Below are positions 22,101-32,907 of a stretch of DNA of 62,766 nt, piece by piece. The DNA comes from an uncultured bacterium. Lineage in GTDB: Bacteria > Bacillota > Clostridia > Lachnospirales > Lachnospiraceae. The position numbers and the translations under genes were made by a program. The notes below the pieces were generated by a model. That model ran no database searches, was not told the DNA's origin, and was given only the letters and a program-made list of their open reading frames with translations. Within the stretch, counting starts at the first letter, position 1. Each line of letters opens with the position of its first letter. The stretch lies in assembly GCA_937893485.1 (NCBI GenBank), contig CALBJL010000049.1, forward strand, positions 1-62,766, written 5' to 3'.

Positions 22101-23014
22101 TGCAGGAAAAACAACAATTTGAGCAGGAATTGGGAAAGCTGCTGCGTCCGGAGCAGATCCGCAGGGAAGAACCGCTCAGCCGCCATACGACGTTTCGCGT
22201 CGGCGGTGCGGCGGAGTATCTCGTCACACCAGAGCTCGGACAGATTCCGCAGGTCGTAGCACTGTGCAAACGATACGATTTGCCGCTTACCGTGATCGGA
22301 AACGGCAGTAATATGCTGATCGCTGACACGGGACTGCGAGGAGTCGTGATGGAGATTGGCAGAGCAGCCGCAGGCATTACGGTCACAGATGAGACCGATC
22401 TGCTCGTACAGGCGGGCACACTGCTCTCAGAGGCGGCAAATACAGCGGCAAAGCATGGGCTTGCCGGCATGGAATTTGCGGCAGGGATACCTGGATCGAT
22501 GGGTGGAGCGGTCGTGATGAATGCGGGAGCCTACGGCGGCGAAATGAAGGATATTTTAACGGAAGTGCGTGTGCTCACTCTGGATGGTGAGATACTCGTG
22601 CGTCCGGCGCAGGAGTTGGATCTGTCCTACCGGCACAGCCGGATGATGGATGAGGGAGAACTTGTGCTGGAGGTGCGCGTGCACCTGGAAATGGATGACG
22701 AGGCAGCGATCCGTGCGCGCATGGAAGAATTGAAGAAAAAACGTGTTGAAAAACAGCCGCTCGAATATCCGAGTGCGGGCAGCACGTTCAAGCGTCCGGA
22801 GGGCTATTTTGCGGGAAAACTCATTGAGGATGCAGGATTGCGCGGTTTTCGGGTAGGAGATGCACAGGTGTCCGAGAAACACTGTGGCTTTGTTATCAAC
22901 CGTGGAAGTGCAACGGCAGCAGACATTATGGAGCTTATGCATCAGGTACAGCTGCGGGTGCGGGAACACAGTGGTGTGGATCTGGAGCCGGAGGTGCGGC
23001 TGTTAGGCTTCTGA
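22100..23014 (+). CDS. murB: UDP-N-acetylmuramate dehydrogenase
   Basis: HTTFRVGG, GNGSN, IPGSMGGAVVMNAGAYG, SAGSTFKRP, LEPEV. Confidence 0.97.
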   Translation: MQEKQQFEQELGKLLRPEQIRREEPLSRHTTFRVGGAAEYLVTPELGQIPQVVALCKRYDLPLTVIGNGSNMLIADTGLRGVVMEIGRAAAGITVTDETDLLVQAGTLLSEAANTAAKHGLAGMEFAAGIPGSMGGAVVMNAGAYGGEMKDILTEVRVLTLDGEILVRPAQELDLSYRHSRMMDEGELVLEVRVHLEMDDEAAIRARMEELKKKRVEKQPLEYPSAGSTFKRPEGYFAGKLIEDAGLRGFRVGDAQVSEKHCGFVINRGSATAADIMELMHQVQLRVREHSGVDLEPEVRLLGF

Positions 23015-23098
23015 TGGGGGCGCAGCCCGCATGGACAACAGATAAAAACACAAAAGATAAGACTTGGAAAGAGATAAAAAAGCAGGGAGGGGTATCGT

Positions 23099-23971
23099 AT
23101 GCGTTGTGTGATTTTAACCGGAATGTCGGGTTCGGGAAAGAGTACCGCACTCAAAATGATAGAGGACATGGGATATTATTGTGTCGGTAATCTGCCGATT
23201 TCGCTCGTAGAGAGCTTTGTCGATCTGTCAGAGAACGACCCCGAGCTGGATAAGGTAGCGATCAATGTCGATATTCGCAGCGGACAGAATATCGGAGACC
23301 TGACCGCCGTATTAGACCGTTTGCAGGAGCGCGGAAAGAGCTTCGAGATGCTGTTTCTGGAGAGTGAGGATTCGGTTATCATCAAGCGGTACAAGGAGAC
23401 CCGCCGCACCCACCCGCTCGCCGAGGGCGGCAGAGTCGAGCAGGCGATCAGCAGGGAGCGGGAGCGTCTGCAGCCAATCAAACGGCGCGCAGACTATATT
23501 CTGGATACGAGCCAGCTGCTCACGCGGGAGCTGCAGGCAGAGCTAAAGAAAATGTTTGTGGAGAACCAGACCTATAAAAATCTGTATATCACAGTTCTCT
23601 CGTTCGGATTCAAATACGGCATACCGACCGACGCGGATCTCGTTTTTGATGTACGTTTTCTGCCCAATCCGTATTATGTCGAGGGCTTGCGTCCGTTGAC
23701 CGGCTTGGACGAGCGGATACAAAACTATGTCATGGAGGGCGACCAGTACGCGGTATTTATGGAAAAGCTGGAGGACATGATCGGTTTTCTGATACCGAAC
23801 TATGTTGCCGAGGGCAAAAACCAGCTCGTGATCGCGATCGGCTGTACCGGCGGCAAGCATCGCTCGGTAACGGTGGCACAGGGCTTGTATGAACGGCTGG
23901 GTAAGCAGGAGGACTACGGTCTGCGCGTGGAACACAGAGACATAGAAAAGGATGCCCATCGTGGCAAATAA
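23099..23971 (+). CDS. rapZ: RapZ/YvcJ P-loop nucleotide-binding protein
   Basis: TGMSGSGKS, ETRRTHPL, SFGFKYG, FDVRFLPNP, GCTGGKHRS. Confidence 0.95.
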   Translation: MRCVILTGMSGSGKSTALKMIEDMGYYCVGNLPISLVESFVDLSENDPELDKVAINVDIRSGQNIGDLTAVLDRLQERGKSFEMLFLESEDSVIIKRYKETRRTHPLAEGGRVEQAISRERERLQPIKRRADYILDTSQLLTRELQAELKKMFVENQTYKNLYITVLSFGFKYGIPTDADLVFDVRFLPNPYYVEGLRPLTGLDERIQNYVMEGDQYAVFMEKLEDMIGFLIPNYVAEGKNQLVIAIGCTGGKHRSVTVAQGLYERLGKQEDYGLRVEHRDIEKDAHRGK

Positions 23972-23983
23972 CAGGAGAACACG

Positions 23984-24778
23984 ATGTCATTTTCAAGTGA
24001 GGTAAAGGCGGAGCTGGCAAGGCAGAACGACAGCAAGCGGCATTGCCAGCTGGCAGAGCTGGCGGCGCTCGAGACACTGGCACCGGATCATGCGCATCTG
24101 GCAGAAAAGCGGATGACACTGGCAAAGAGGCTGTTCGGGGAAGTGACGCAGGAGGAACTGCGCGCGCGGATCAGTGAGCAGATGATACAGCACCGCGAAC
24201 AACTGCTCAAGCGAAGCTGCTGTAAACGTGCATTTCTGCGCGGAGCATTTTTAGCCTCCGGCTCGATCAGCGATCCACAGAAGTCCTATCATTTCGAGAT
24301 CGTCTGTCAGCAGCCGCAGCAGGCGCAGCTACTACAGGAGCTGCTTGTGTCGTTTGAACTGGATGCCAAGATCGTACAGCGCAAAAAATATCATATTGTC
24401 TATTTAAAAGAGGGCGCACAGATCGTGGATGCGCTGAATGTCATGGGTGCTTATGTTGCACTCATGAATCTCGAAAATGTGCGCATATTAAAAGAAATGC
24501 GTGGATCTGTCAACCGTATTGTCAACTGCGAGACAGCGAATATCAATAAGGTTGTCGGTGCCGCATACAGACAGGTGGAGGATATCCGCTACATACAGAG
24601 CAGGATCGGGCTGGATGAGCTGCCGCCGTCGCTGCGTGAGATGGCGCTGCTGCGGCTGGAATATCCGGATACATCACTCAAGGATCTCGGAGAACTCTGT
24701 GATCCGCCCGTGGGAAAATCCGGCGTCAATCACCGGCTGCGCAAGCTCGCGGAGCTGGCAAAAAAATTAGGAAGGTGA
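23984..24778 (+). CDS. whiA: DNA-binding protein WhiA (short form)
   Basis: MSFSSEVK, CCKRAFLRGAFL, NRIVNCETAN, KSGVNHRLRK. Confidence 0.93.
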   Translation: MSFSSEVKAELARQNDSKRHCQLAELAALETLAPDHAHLAEKRMTLAKRLFGEVTQEELRARISEQMIQHREQLLKRSCCKRAFLRGAFLASGSISDPQKSYHFEIVCQQPQQAQLLQELLVSFELDAKIVQRKKYHIVYLKEGAQIVDALNVMGAYVALMNLENVRILKEMRGSVNRIVNCETANINKVVGAAYRQVEDIRYIQSRIGLDELPPSLREMALLRLEYPDTSLKDLGELCDPPVGKSGVNHRLRKLAELAKKLGR

Positions 24779-24785
24779 TCGGATC

Positions 24786-25703
24786 ATGAGCAATATGAGC
24801 AATCAGAGATTATTATTTATCTATAATCCCCATTCGGGAGTCGGTAAGGTCAAATCGCAGTTGTCGGACATTTTAGAGGTGATGGTGCAGGCTGGCTACA
24901 GCGTGACCGTGCATCCGACGCAGGCAGCAGGCGATGCGATAAATGTCGCTGCAGAGCGGGCAGGTGATTATGATCTTGTGGTCTGCTGCGGCGGGGACGG
25001 GACACTGGATGAGACGGTGTCGGGATTGATGAATAGCGGGAAAAATGTGGCGCTCGGCTATATCCCGGCAGGCAGTACGAATGATTTTGCGGCATCGCTG
25101 GATCTGCCGAAAAACATGAAAAAGGCAGCGGAGGTCGCTGTCAGCGGAAAAGATTTTCCGTGTGATGTCGGATTGTTTGGGGAGAAGCATTTTATCTATG
25201 TGGCGGCTTTCGGGCTGTTTACCGATGTGTCTTATCAGACGAGCCAGGAGCTGAAAAACGTGCTTGGACACGCTGCCTATATCTTAGAAGGCGTGAAACG
25301 TATTGGAAACCATCCGAGTTACCGGATGCGCGTCGAATACGAGGGCGGCTGTATCGAGGATGAATTTATTTACGGCATGATCACCAATTCCCTGTCTGTC
25401 GGCGGCATCAAGGGTATGACAGGCGAGAATGTGGCGCTCAATGACGGTTTGTTCGAGGTGATGCTCGTCCGGAAGCCGAAAAATATTGTCGAGCGGAACG
25501 AGATCATTGCGGCACTTACGAAGCTGCGCCCCGAATCGGATATGATCTATACGTTTAAGACAAAGGAATTGCAGATTTCACCGTATCAGGCGATCCCGTG
25601 GACGCTGGACGGCGAGTTTGGCGGCGACCAGACGCAGATCCATCTGAAAAATCTGCACCGCGCACTGACGATCCGTGTGCCTTTGGAGCCGGATCTGGCA
25701 TAG
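24786..25703 (+). CDS. YegS/DgkB family lipid kinase
   Basis: NPHSG, GGDGT, PAGSTNDFA, LDGE. Confidence 0.92.
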   Translation: MSNMSNQRLLFIYNPHSGVGKVKSQLSDILEVMVQAGYSVTVHPTQAAGDAINVAAERAGDYDLVVCCGGDGTLDETVSGLMNSGKNVALGYIPAGSTNDFAASLDLPKNMKKAAEVAVSGKDFPCDVGLFGEKHFIYVAAFGLFTDVSYQTSQELKNVLGHAAYILEGVKRIGNHPSYRMRVEYEGGCIEDEFIYGMITNSLSVGGIKGMTGENVALNDGLFEVMLVRKPKNIVERNEIIAALTKLRPESDMIYTFKTKELQISPYQAIPWTLDGEFGGDQTQIHLKNLHRALTIRVPLEPDLA

Positions 25704-25821
25704 AAAAGGCGTATTCGGACGCTTGCACTTTACATTTATAGGCGTTCATGTTATATTTAACAAAGATATGGGGCGAGATCCCCACACACTCACAATCTAT
25801 ACAGAAAATGGAGGAATTCAC

Positions 25822-26685
25822 ATGTTAGTATCTGCAAAAGAAATGTTAGAGAAAGCAAAAGCCGGACATTATGCAGTCGGACAGTTCAACATCAACAACC
25901 TTGAGTGGACAAAGGCCATTCTTTTAACTGCACAGGAGTTAAACTCACCGGTTATCCTTGGTGTATCTGAGGGCGCAGGAAAGTATATGACCGGATTCAA
26001 GACCGTTGCCGCTATGGTAAAGGCAATGCACGAGGAACTCGGAATCACAGTTCCGGTTGCATTACACTTAGATCACGGTACTTACGAAGGATGCTACAAG
26101 TGTATCAAGGCTGGCTTTACTTCTATCATGTTCGACGGATCACATTATCCGATTGAGGAGAACATTGCAAAGACAACCGAGCTGGTAAACGTTGCTCACG
26201 CAATGGGCATGTCTATCGAGGCTGAGGTAGGATCTATCGGTGGCGAGGAAGACGGTGTCATCGGAATGGGCGAGTGCGCTGATCCGAACGAGTGCAAGGC
26301 AGTCGCTGATCTGGGTGTTGATATGCTGGCAGCCGGCATCGGAAACATTCACGGAAAATATCCGGCTAACTGGGCAGGTCTGAGCTTTGAGACACTGGAT
26401 GCCATCCAGCAGAAGACAGGTCTTATGCCGCTCGTACTGCACGGTGGTACAGGTATCCCGGCAGACATGATCAAGAAAGCAATCGATCTTGGTGTGTCTA
26501 AGATCAATGTAAATACGGAGTGCCAGTTATCCTTCGCAGATGCTACACGTAAATATATCGAGGCAGGCAAGGATCTCGAGGGCAAGGGATTTGATCCCCG
26601 TAAGCTCTTAGCTCCCGGAACAGAGGCTATCAAGGCTACTGTAAAGGAGAAAATGGAGCTCTTCGGATCTGTAGAAAAAGCTTAA
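25822..26685 (+). CDS. fba: Class II fructose-1,6-bisphosphate aldolase
   Basis: HLDH, MFDGS, GNIHG, LVLHGGTG, KINVNT; GGAGG RBS. Confidence 0.97.
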   Translation: MLVSAKEMLEKAKAGHYAVGQFNINNLEWTKAILLTAQELNSPVILGVSEGAGKYMTGFKTVAAMVKAMHEELGITVPVALHLDHGTYEGCYKCIKAGFTSIMFDGSHYPIEENIAKTTELVNVAHAMGMSIEAEVGSIGGEEDGVIGMGECADPNECKAVADLGVDMLAAGIGNIHGKYPANWAGLSFETLDAIQQKTGLMPLVLHGGTGIPADMIKKAIDLGVSKINVNTECQLSFADATRKYIEAGKDLEGKGFDPRKLLAPGTEAIKATVKEKMELFGSVEKA

Positions 26686-26720
26686 TAAAATTAAGAATTT
26701 TAAAAAACTAAAATTTACTA

Positions 26721-26810
26721 TTGCTTTTTTACAAAAATAGGAGTATTTTAGTTGGCAGAGAAGCGAACGAGGGTGTTCCAATAAGAGGTGCACTCCCGTT
26801 CGCTTTTAGT
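26721..26810 (+). promoter_or_regulatory. glnA promoter plus attenuator leader (ANTAR-like)
   Basis: TTGCTT-N17-TATTTT, then GC[AGAGAA]GC and GAAC[GAGGGT]GTTC overlapping the AAGCGAACG/CGTTCGCTT-TT terminator. Confidence 0.6.
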
Positions 26811-26923
26811 TATACAGAAAAGCATAAGTTTTTCCGTATAACCGGAACACAAAAAACTATAAAAGGGAAAGGATAAGTGACTATTCAGTCAGGATGGACT
26901 GAAGGGTTGCAGGGATGAACGTT

Positions 26924-29044
26924 ATGAGCGAAACGGAAAAATTCAGCGTATCAGAGATCTTTGGTGAAAATGTATTTAACGATGCAGTCATGCAGGAGCG
27001 TCTTCCGAAAAAGACTTACAAGAGACTGAGAGAGGTCATCGAGGGTGGACACGATCTGGATCTTGCAACTGCGGATGTAGTGGCACATGAGATGAAGGAA
27101 TGGGCGATTGAGCAGGGCGCTACACATTATACGCACTGGTTCCAGCCGTTAACAGGAGTGACTGCTGAGAAGCATGATTCATTTATTACAGCTCCGATGG
27201 AGAACGGTAAAGTGCTGATGAGCTTTTCAGGAAAAGAGCTGATCAAGGGAGAGCCGGATGCATCTTCATTCCCCTCCGGTGGACTGAGAGCTACTTTTGA
27301 GGCGAGAGGATATACCGCATGGGATTGTACTTCACCCGCATTCGTCCGCCACGATGCAGCAGGTGCTACACTGTGTATCCCGACCGCGTTCTGTTCTTAT
27401 ACAGGAGAGGCACTGGATCAGAAGACACCGTTGCTCCGGTCTATGGAAGCAGTCAATGCGCAGGCGCTTCGTCTGTTACGTTTATTCGGTAATACGACTT
27501 CCAAGAGAGTAACACCTTCCGTTGGTGCAGAGCAGGAATACTTTATTGTAGACCGTGAGAAATATTTAAAGAGAAAAGATCTGATCTTTACCGGACGTAC
27601 CTTATTTGGAGCAATGCCTCCGAAGGGACAGGAGATGGATGATCATTACTTCGGTGCGATCCGTGAGCGCATCGGCGCATATATGAAGGATGTCAATAAA
27701 GAGCTGTGGAAGCTCGGCGTATCTGCAAAGACACAGCACAACGAGGTAGCTCCGGCACAGCATGAGCTGGCTCCGATTTATGCAGAGTGTAACGTAGCGA
27801 CCGACCACAACCAGTTGATCATGGAGACCTTAAAGAAGGTTGCAGGACGGCACGGACTGCAGTGTCTGTTACATGAGAAGCCGTTTGCAGGTGTGAACGG
27901 TTCTGGTAAGCATAACAACTGGTCGATCACCACAGATGATGGTATCAACCTGTTAGATCCCGGTTCTACACCGCATGAAAATATTCAGTTTTTACTTGTA
28001 CTGACTTGTATTTTAAAGGCAGTCGATGAGCATGCAGATCTGTTACGTGCATCTGCTGCAGATGTCGGAAACGATCACAGACTGGGAGCAAACGAGGCAC
28101 CGCCCGCAATCCTCTCTATTTTCCTCGGAGAGCAGCTTGAGGATGTGCTCACACAGTTGATCAGCACCGGTAGCGCAACACACAGCTTAAAGGGCGAAAA
28201 GCTCGAGACCGGTGTTAAGACTTTACCTGATTTCATGCGTGATGCGACAGACAGAAACCGTACATCACCGTTCGCATTTACCGGAAACAAGTTTGAGTTC
28301 CGTATGGTAGGATCACAGGCTTCCATCGCACAGCCGAACGTTGTATTGAACACGATCGTGGCAGATGCATTCGCTGAGGCATGTGATGTACTGGAGAAAG
28401 CGGATAACTTCGATGAGGCGGTACATGACCTGATCAAGAAGTATGCGACCGAGCATCAGCGTATCGTATTCAACGGCAACGGTTATTCCGATGAGTGGGT
28501 CGTTGAGGCTGAGAAACGCGGACTGCCGAACATCAAGTCTATGGTAGATGCGATTCCGGCATACGCAACCGACAAGGCTGTTGCGTTATTTGAGAAATTC
28601 GGCGTATTTACAAAGGTTGAGCTGGAGTCCCGTGTGGAGATCGAGTATGAGACCTATGCAAAGACGATCAATATCGAGGCAAAGGCGATGATCGATATCG
28701 CAGGCAAGCAGATCGTCCCTGCCGTAATTAAATATACAACCAATCTGGCGAACTCTATCAATGCTGTCAAGGCAGCAGGTGCCGCAGATGTGTCTGTACA
28801 GACAGAGCTTCTTTCTGAGACTTCTGATTATCTCTCAGAGGTAAAGGCAGCACTTGCCAAGCTGACCGATGTAACCGAGAAGGGTGCAGAGCTGGCAGAG
28901 GGCGAGGAGCAGGCAACCTACTACAGAGATGTCGTAAAGGCAGCCATGGATGAGCTCCGTGCACCGGTTGACAAGCTGGAGATGATCGTAGATAAAGACT
29001 TATGGCCGATGCCGTCTTATGGCGATCTGATCTTTGAGGTATAG
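26924..29044 (+). CDS. glnA: Glutamine synthetase type III
   Basis: About 706 aa; [54 protein letters not shown]; alternative start 26915. Confidence 0.95.
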   Translation: MSETEKFSVSEIFGENVFNDAVMQERLPKKTYKRLREVIEGGHDLDLATADVVAHEMKEWAIEQGATHYTHWFQPLTGVTAEKHDSFITAPMENGKVLMSFSGKELIKGEPDASSFPSGGLRATFEARGYTAWDCTSPAFVRHDAAGATLCIPTAFCSYTGEALDQKTPLLRSMEAVNAQALRLLRLFGNTTSKRVTPSVGAEQEYFIVDREKYLKRKDLIFTGRTLFGAMPPKGQEMDDHYFGAIRERIGAYMKDVNKELWKLGVSAKTQHNEVAPAQHELAPIYAECNVATDHNQLIMETLKKVAGRHGLQCLLHEKPFAGVNGSGKHNNWSITTDDGINLLDPGSTPHENIQFLLVLTCILKAVDEHADLLRASAADVGNDHRLGANEAPPAILSIFLGEQLEDVLTQLISTGSATHSLKGEKLETGVKTLPDFMRDATDRNRTSPFAFTGNKFEFRMVGSQASIAQPNVVLNTIVADAFAEACDVLEKADNFDEAVHDLIKKYATEHQRIVFNGNGYSDEWVVEAEKRGLPNIKSMVDAIPAYATDKAVALFEKFGVFTKVELESRVEIEYETYAKTINIEAKAMIDIAGKQIVPAVIKYTTNLANSINAVKAAGAADVSVQTELLSETSDYLSEVKAALAKLTDVTEKGAELAEGEEQATYYRDVVKAAMDELRAPVDKLEMIVDKDLWPMPSYGDLIFEV

Positions 29045-29107
29045 TACCTCACTTACTAGTTATGGCTAATCGTTAGATTAGTATTTATCTAATCCCCTTT
29101 AGAGTAT

Positions 29108-29142
29108 AGGAAAACCCCTGACGAAAGTCGGGGGTTTTTCCT
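29108..29142. terminator. Bidirectional terminator
   Basis: AGGAAAACCCC..GGGGTTTTTCCT. Confidence 0.85.
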
Positions 29143-29173
29143 GTCTGCTGTCATATCATTCATTATAAAAAAT

Positions 29174-29827
29174 CTAAAAAATCAATATCTGTCCGTCCAG
29201 AATCGCATATTCAACCTCGTCGCCCGGCTCCATCTGCGCCTGACCGCTCGTGCCCTGTGTGATGTCGTTTTGCAGCGCGGCGAGCTGTTCACTCGGTACC
29301 ATCGTATGGATACAGACGCCGTCCGTGTATTCGGTATCGAGAACCGTGATACCCGCACCGGCAAGCAGATACTGGATCTTGCCAAGATTTGTGTAATCGG
29401 TGCGGATCGTTAGTTTTGCACCCTGCTGGCGCGTGATAATCACGGAGTTGGCAAGCCCCTCCTGTACCGACTTCTGGTAAGCGCGGACAAGCCCTCCGGT
29501 GCCAAGCAGCGTGCCGCCAAAATAGCGCGTCACGACGACTGCCACGTTGTGGATGTCCTCGCGCAGCAATACATCCAGCATCGGTCGTCCGGCTGTCCCG
29601 GACGGTTCTCCGTCATCGTTGCAGCGGGTGTTTTCGTGCTTTGCACCGATCGTAAATGCCGTACAGTTGTGTCTGGCATCCCAGTATTCCTTTTTCTTCT
29701 TATTGAAAAAGGCGATCGCCTCCTCCTCGGAGGACACCGGTTCCACAGATGCGATAAAGCGTGATTTTTTTTCTTCGATTTCTCCGACACCGCCCTGATA
29801 GACGGTCTTATAGCCTGCGTTTTTCAT
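29174..29827 (-). CDS. yigZ: YigZ/IMPACT family protein
   Basis: EKKSRFI, ARHNC, DDGEPSGTAG, VTRYFGGTLLGTGGL. Confidence 0.93.
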   Translation of the reverse strand: MKNAGYKTVYQGGVGEIEEKKSRFIASVEPVSSEEEAIAFFNKKKKEYWDARHNCTAFTIGAKHENTRCNDDGEPSGTAGRPMLDVLLREDIHNVAVVVTRYFGGTLLGTGGLVRAYQKSVQEGLANSVIITRQQGAKLTIRTDYTNLGKIQYLLAGAGITVLDTEYTDGVCIHTMVPSEQLAALQNDITQGTSGQAQMEPGDEVEYAILDGQILIF

Positions 29828-29914
29828 GCCTACGAGTATAGCATGTTATGCCAAAGTTTACAAGTATAGAAAATAATGGTATACTGAAGTAATTCGATAA
29901 TCAGGAGGAAAGCT

Positions 29915-32605
29915 ATGAACTATGGAAAAGCGGGAGCAAAAAAGCAGGTCAAACAGCTCTCTGCCAAGTCTCCCAAGGTTTTACGAAAGTTCAAAGTGTT
30001 ATGCTATAAACTTATACTCGTGGCTGCATTTGCATTAGTTGTAAGTGTTGGATTTACCGGCTTCGGTATCTACAAGGGGATCATTGATTCCTCACCGACG
30101 ATCGATGCGATGGATGTTACACCGACGGGATATTTATCTACCGTACTGGACACCGAGGGCAATACGACGGCGACGCTGGTTGCATCGGGTGCCAACCGTG
30201 TTTACGTCACGATTGATGAGATACCGCTGGATCTGCAGCATGCATTTGTAGCGATTGAGGATGCGCGTTTTTATGAGCATAACGGCATTGATATCAAAGG
30301 AATCATCCGTGCCGGAGTCAAGGGCATTTTATCCGGCGGACATTTTTCGCAGGGTGCGTCTACGATCACCCAGCAGCTATTGAAAAATAATGTGTTCACG
30401 ACATGGACAACTGACAAAGGCTTTGCAAAGGTCGTGCGAAAGCTGCAGGAGCAGTATCTTGCGGTTCAGTTGGAAAAAAAGGTGAACAACAAGGACTGGA
30501 TACTGGAGAATTATCTGAATACGGTCAATCTTGGACAGAATTCCTTAGGTGTACAGGCTGCCGCGATGCGTTATTTTAACAAGGATGTGTCAGAACTGAC
30601 GTTGTCCGAGTGTGCTGTGATTGCGGGCATCACCAAAAGTCCCGAGGGGCTCAATCCGATCAGCCATCCGCAGGCGAATGCCGAGCGGCGGAAAGAAGTC
30701 CTCAACAAGATGGAGGAGCAGGGCTATATTACGCTGGAGCAGAAGGAAGAAGCCCTTGCGGATAAGGTATACAAGCGCATTAAAAAGGTCAATATCAAAA
30801 AGACCGAGGAGAGCAGCCAGATCAATTCATATTTTGTTGATGAAGTGACGAATCAGGTGCTCGAGGATTTACAGACGATCAAGGGTTATACAAAGGCGGA
30901 GGCTTATCGCGCGCTCTACAACAGCGGTTTGACGATCCTGTCCACGCAGGACCCGAAGATCCAGAAGATCTGTGATGAAGAAGTCAATAATCTGGAAAAT
31001 TATCCGACACAGCCGAAGGTATCCTTTAGCTATCGCTTGAGTGTCCAGAAATCAGATGGCAGCATTGCCAACTATGATGAGCATACGATGCTGGCATATT
31101 ATCAGGCGGCAAATAAAGATTATTCGATCAACTTTGCGAGTGAGGAAGACGCTGTGGCAGCGATCGAGGCATACAAGCAGGAGATCATGGAGCCCGGCGA
31201 TACGATTGTCGAAGGCGGTGAATATGTAAATTACACGCTGCAGCCGCAGGCGGCGCTCACGATCATCGACCAGAGTACCGGAGAGGTCAAAGCGATCGTA
31301 GGAGGTCGTGGTGATAAGGTGGCAAACCGTACACTGAACCGTGCCACGGATTCTACCCGCCAGCCCGGATCGACGTTTAAGGTGCTGGCAGCATATGCAC
31401 CGGCATTGGACGGAGCGGGCATGACACTCGCGACAGTCGAGGATGATGCACCATATACTTATGCAAATGGCACATCATTGCGCAACTATGACGGCCGTTA
31501 CCGCGGATTTACGAGCTTCCGCACCGCGATCACATACTCAATCAATGTCGTAACGGTCAAGTGTCTGACTGATATCGGTGTGGACAATGGATTTTCTTAT
31601 TTGCAGGATTTTGGGTTTACGACGTTAAAAGACAGTGACCGTGTGCAGTCATTGGCACTCGGAGGTCTGACCGATGGTGTGACGAATCTGGAGCTGACCG
31701 CTGCGTATGCGACGATTGCAAACGGTGGTACCTACACCAAACCGCGCTTTTATACAAAGATTCTCGACCATGACGGAAATGTCCTGATCGACAACACACC
31801 GCAGACAAAGAGCGTGCTCAAGGAGACGACTGCATGGCTGCTGACCGACGCGATGAAGGATGTTATTACGACCGGAACCGGTAAGCTGTGTAATTTTGAG
31901 GGCATGACGCTCGCGGGCAAGAGTGGTACGACGACAAAAAACAGAGATGCATTGTTTGCGGGCTTTTCACCGTATTACAGCTGTGTTGTATGGGGCGGCT
32001 ATGATGACAATGCACCGCAGGCGAGTGGAACGACCAGCTATCCGAAGCTGATCTGGAGAGCCGTGATGCAGCGTCTGCATGAGGGGCTGGAGGACAAAGA
32101 CTTTGACAAACCGGCAGGAATCGTGACCGCACAGGTCTGCAAGAAATCTGGAAAACTGGCAGTTTCAGGGCTGTGTGACCATGATCCGCGCGGCTCACAG
32201 GTGACGACCGAATATTTTGCCGCAGGCACAGAGCCGACCGAATCGTGTGATACACACGTAATGGTAACGATCTGTGGAGCATCCGGCAAACCGGCAGGAC
32301 CGTATTGTCCAGAGGATCAGCTCAAAAAAGCCGTTTATATCAGCGGCGGTTCGTCGGGCACGGAGGATTCCCCGTATTTACTGCCTGCAAATCTGAGCAC
32401 AGAAAAGTGTCCGGTTCATGAAGTGCCGGATACAGAGCCGGTAGACATTACCGGAGACACCGGCAGAGAGGACAAGCCCTTAAAACCGGATATACCTACA
32501 ATACCGGGTGACGGTGACGGCGAGGCAGAAGAACCGAGTGATTCGCATACCGGACTGGACGACGAGGAACAGGTAATCATTGATCCGAGTGATATATCGG
32601 AGTAG
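29915..32605 (+). CDS. Class A penicillin-binding protein (PBP1A family)
   Basis: EDARFYEH, GASTITQQ, STFK, SIN, KSG motifs; Cys-rich and acidic C-terminal tail. Confidence 0.95.
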   Translation: MNYGKAGAKKQVKQLSAKSPKVLRKFKVLCYKLILVAAFALVVSVGFTGFGIYKGIIDSSPTIDAMDVTPTGYLSTVLDTEGNTTATLVASGANRVYVTIDEIPLDLQHAFVAIEDARFYEHNGIDIKGIIRAGVKGILSGGHFSQGASTITQQLLKNNVFTTWTTDKGFAKVVRKLQEQYLAVQLEKKVNNKDWILENYLNTVNLGQNSLGVQAAAMRYFNKDVSELTLSECAVIAGITKSPEGLNPISHPQANAERRKEVLNKMEEQGYITLEQKEEALADKVYKRIKKVNIKKTEESSQINSYFVDEVTNQVLEDLQTIKGYTKAEAYRALYNSGLTILSTQDPKIQKICDEEVNNLENYPTQPKVSFSYRLSVQKSDGSIANYDEHTMLAYYQAANKDYSINFASEEDAVAAIEAYKQEIMEPGDTIVEGGEYVNYTLQPQAALTIIDQSTGEVKAIVGGRGDKVANRTLNRATDSTRQPGSTFKVLAAYAPALDGAGMTLATVEDDAPYTYANGTSLRNYDGRYRGFTSFRTAITYSINVVTVKCLTDIGVDNGFSYLQDFGFTTLKDSDRVQSLALGGLTDGVTNLELTAAYATIANGGTYTKPRFYTKILDHDGNVLIDNTPQTKSVLKETTAWLLTDAMKDVITTGTGKLCNFEGMTLAGKSGTTTKNRDALFAGFSPYYSCVVWGGYDDNAPQASGTTSYPKLIWRAVMQRLHEGLEDKDFDKPAGIVTAQVCKKSGKLAVSGLCDHDPRGSQVTTEYFAAGTEPTESCDTHVMVTICGASGKPAGPYCPEDQLKKAVYISGGSSGTEDSPYLLPANLSTEKCPVHEVPDTEPVDITGDTGREDKPLKPDIPTIPGDGDGEAEEPSDSHTGLDDEEQVIIDPSDISE

Positions 32606-32636
32606 GTGAAGGGCGTGTTCCGGAGAAAGATAATAT

Positions 32637-32678
32637 AAATGAGTGGAAAGCAGTTGTGAAACGCTTCCACTCATTTTT
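32637..32678 (+). terminator. Intrinsic terminator
   Basis: AAATGAGTGGAA/TTCCACTCATTT followed by T run. Confidence 0.75.
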
Positions 32679-32907
32679 AAATTCAACTATGCCGTCATTG
32701 TGTTTTGAAAAAACGTGTGCTATTCTAATAAAAAGCATATTTTCTTCTCCGAATCAAACGGATTCTTGTATTATCAGTTATACATATCTATGCGGTTTTT
32801 GAGCCGCTTTATCAGAAAATCAATGCTTTTGGATTCCAAACAATTACGAAGCAGGGTTTTCTGGAAAAAGAATCCGGGTGAACCCTAGAAATTGAAAAGG
32901 GGGACAC

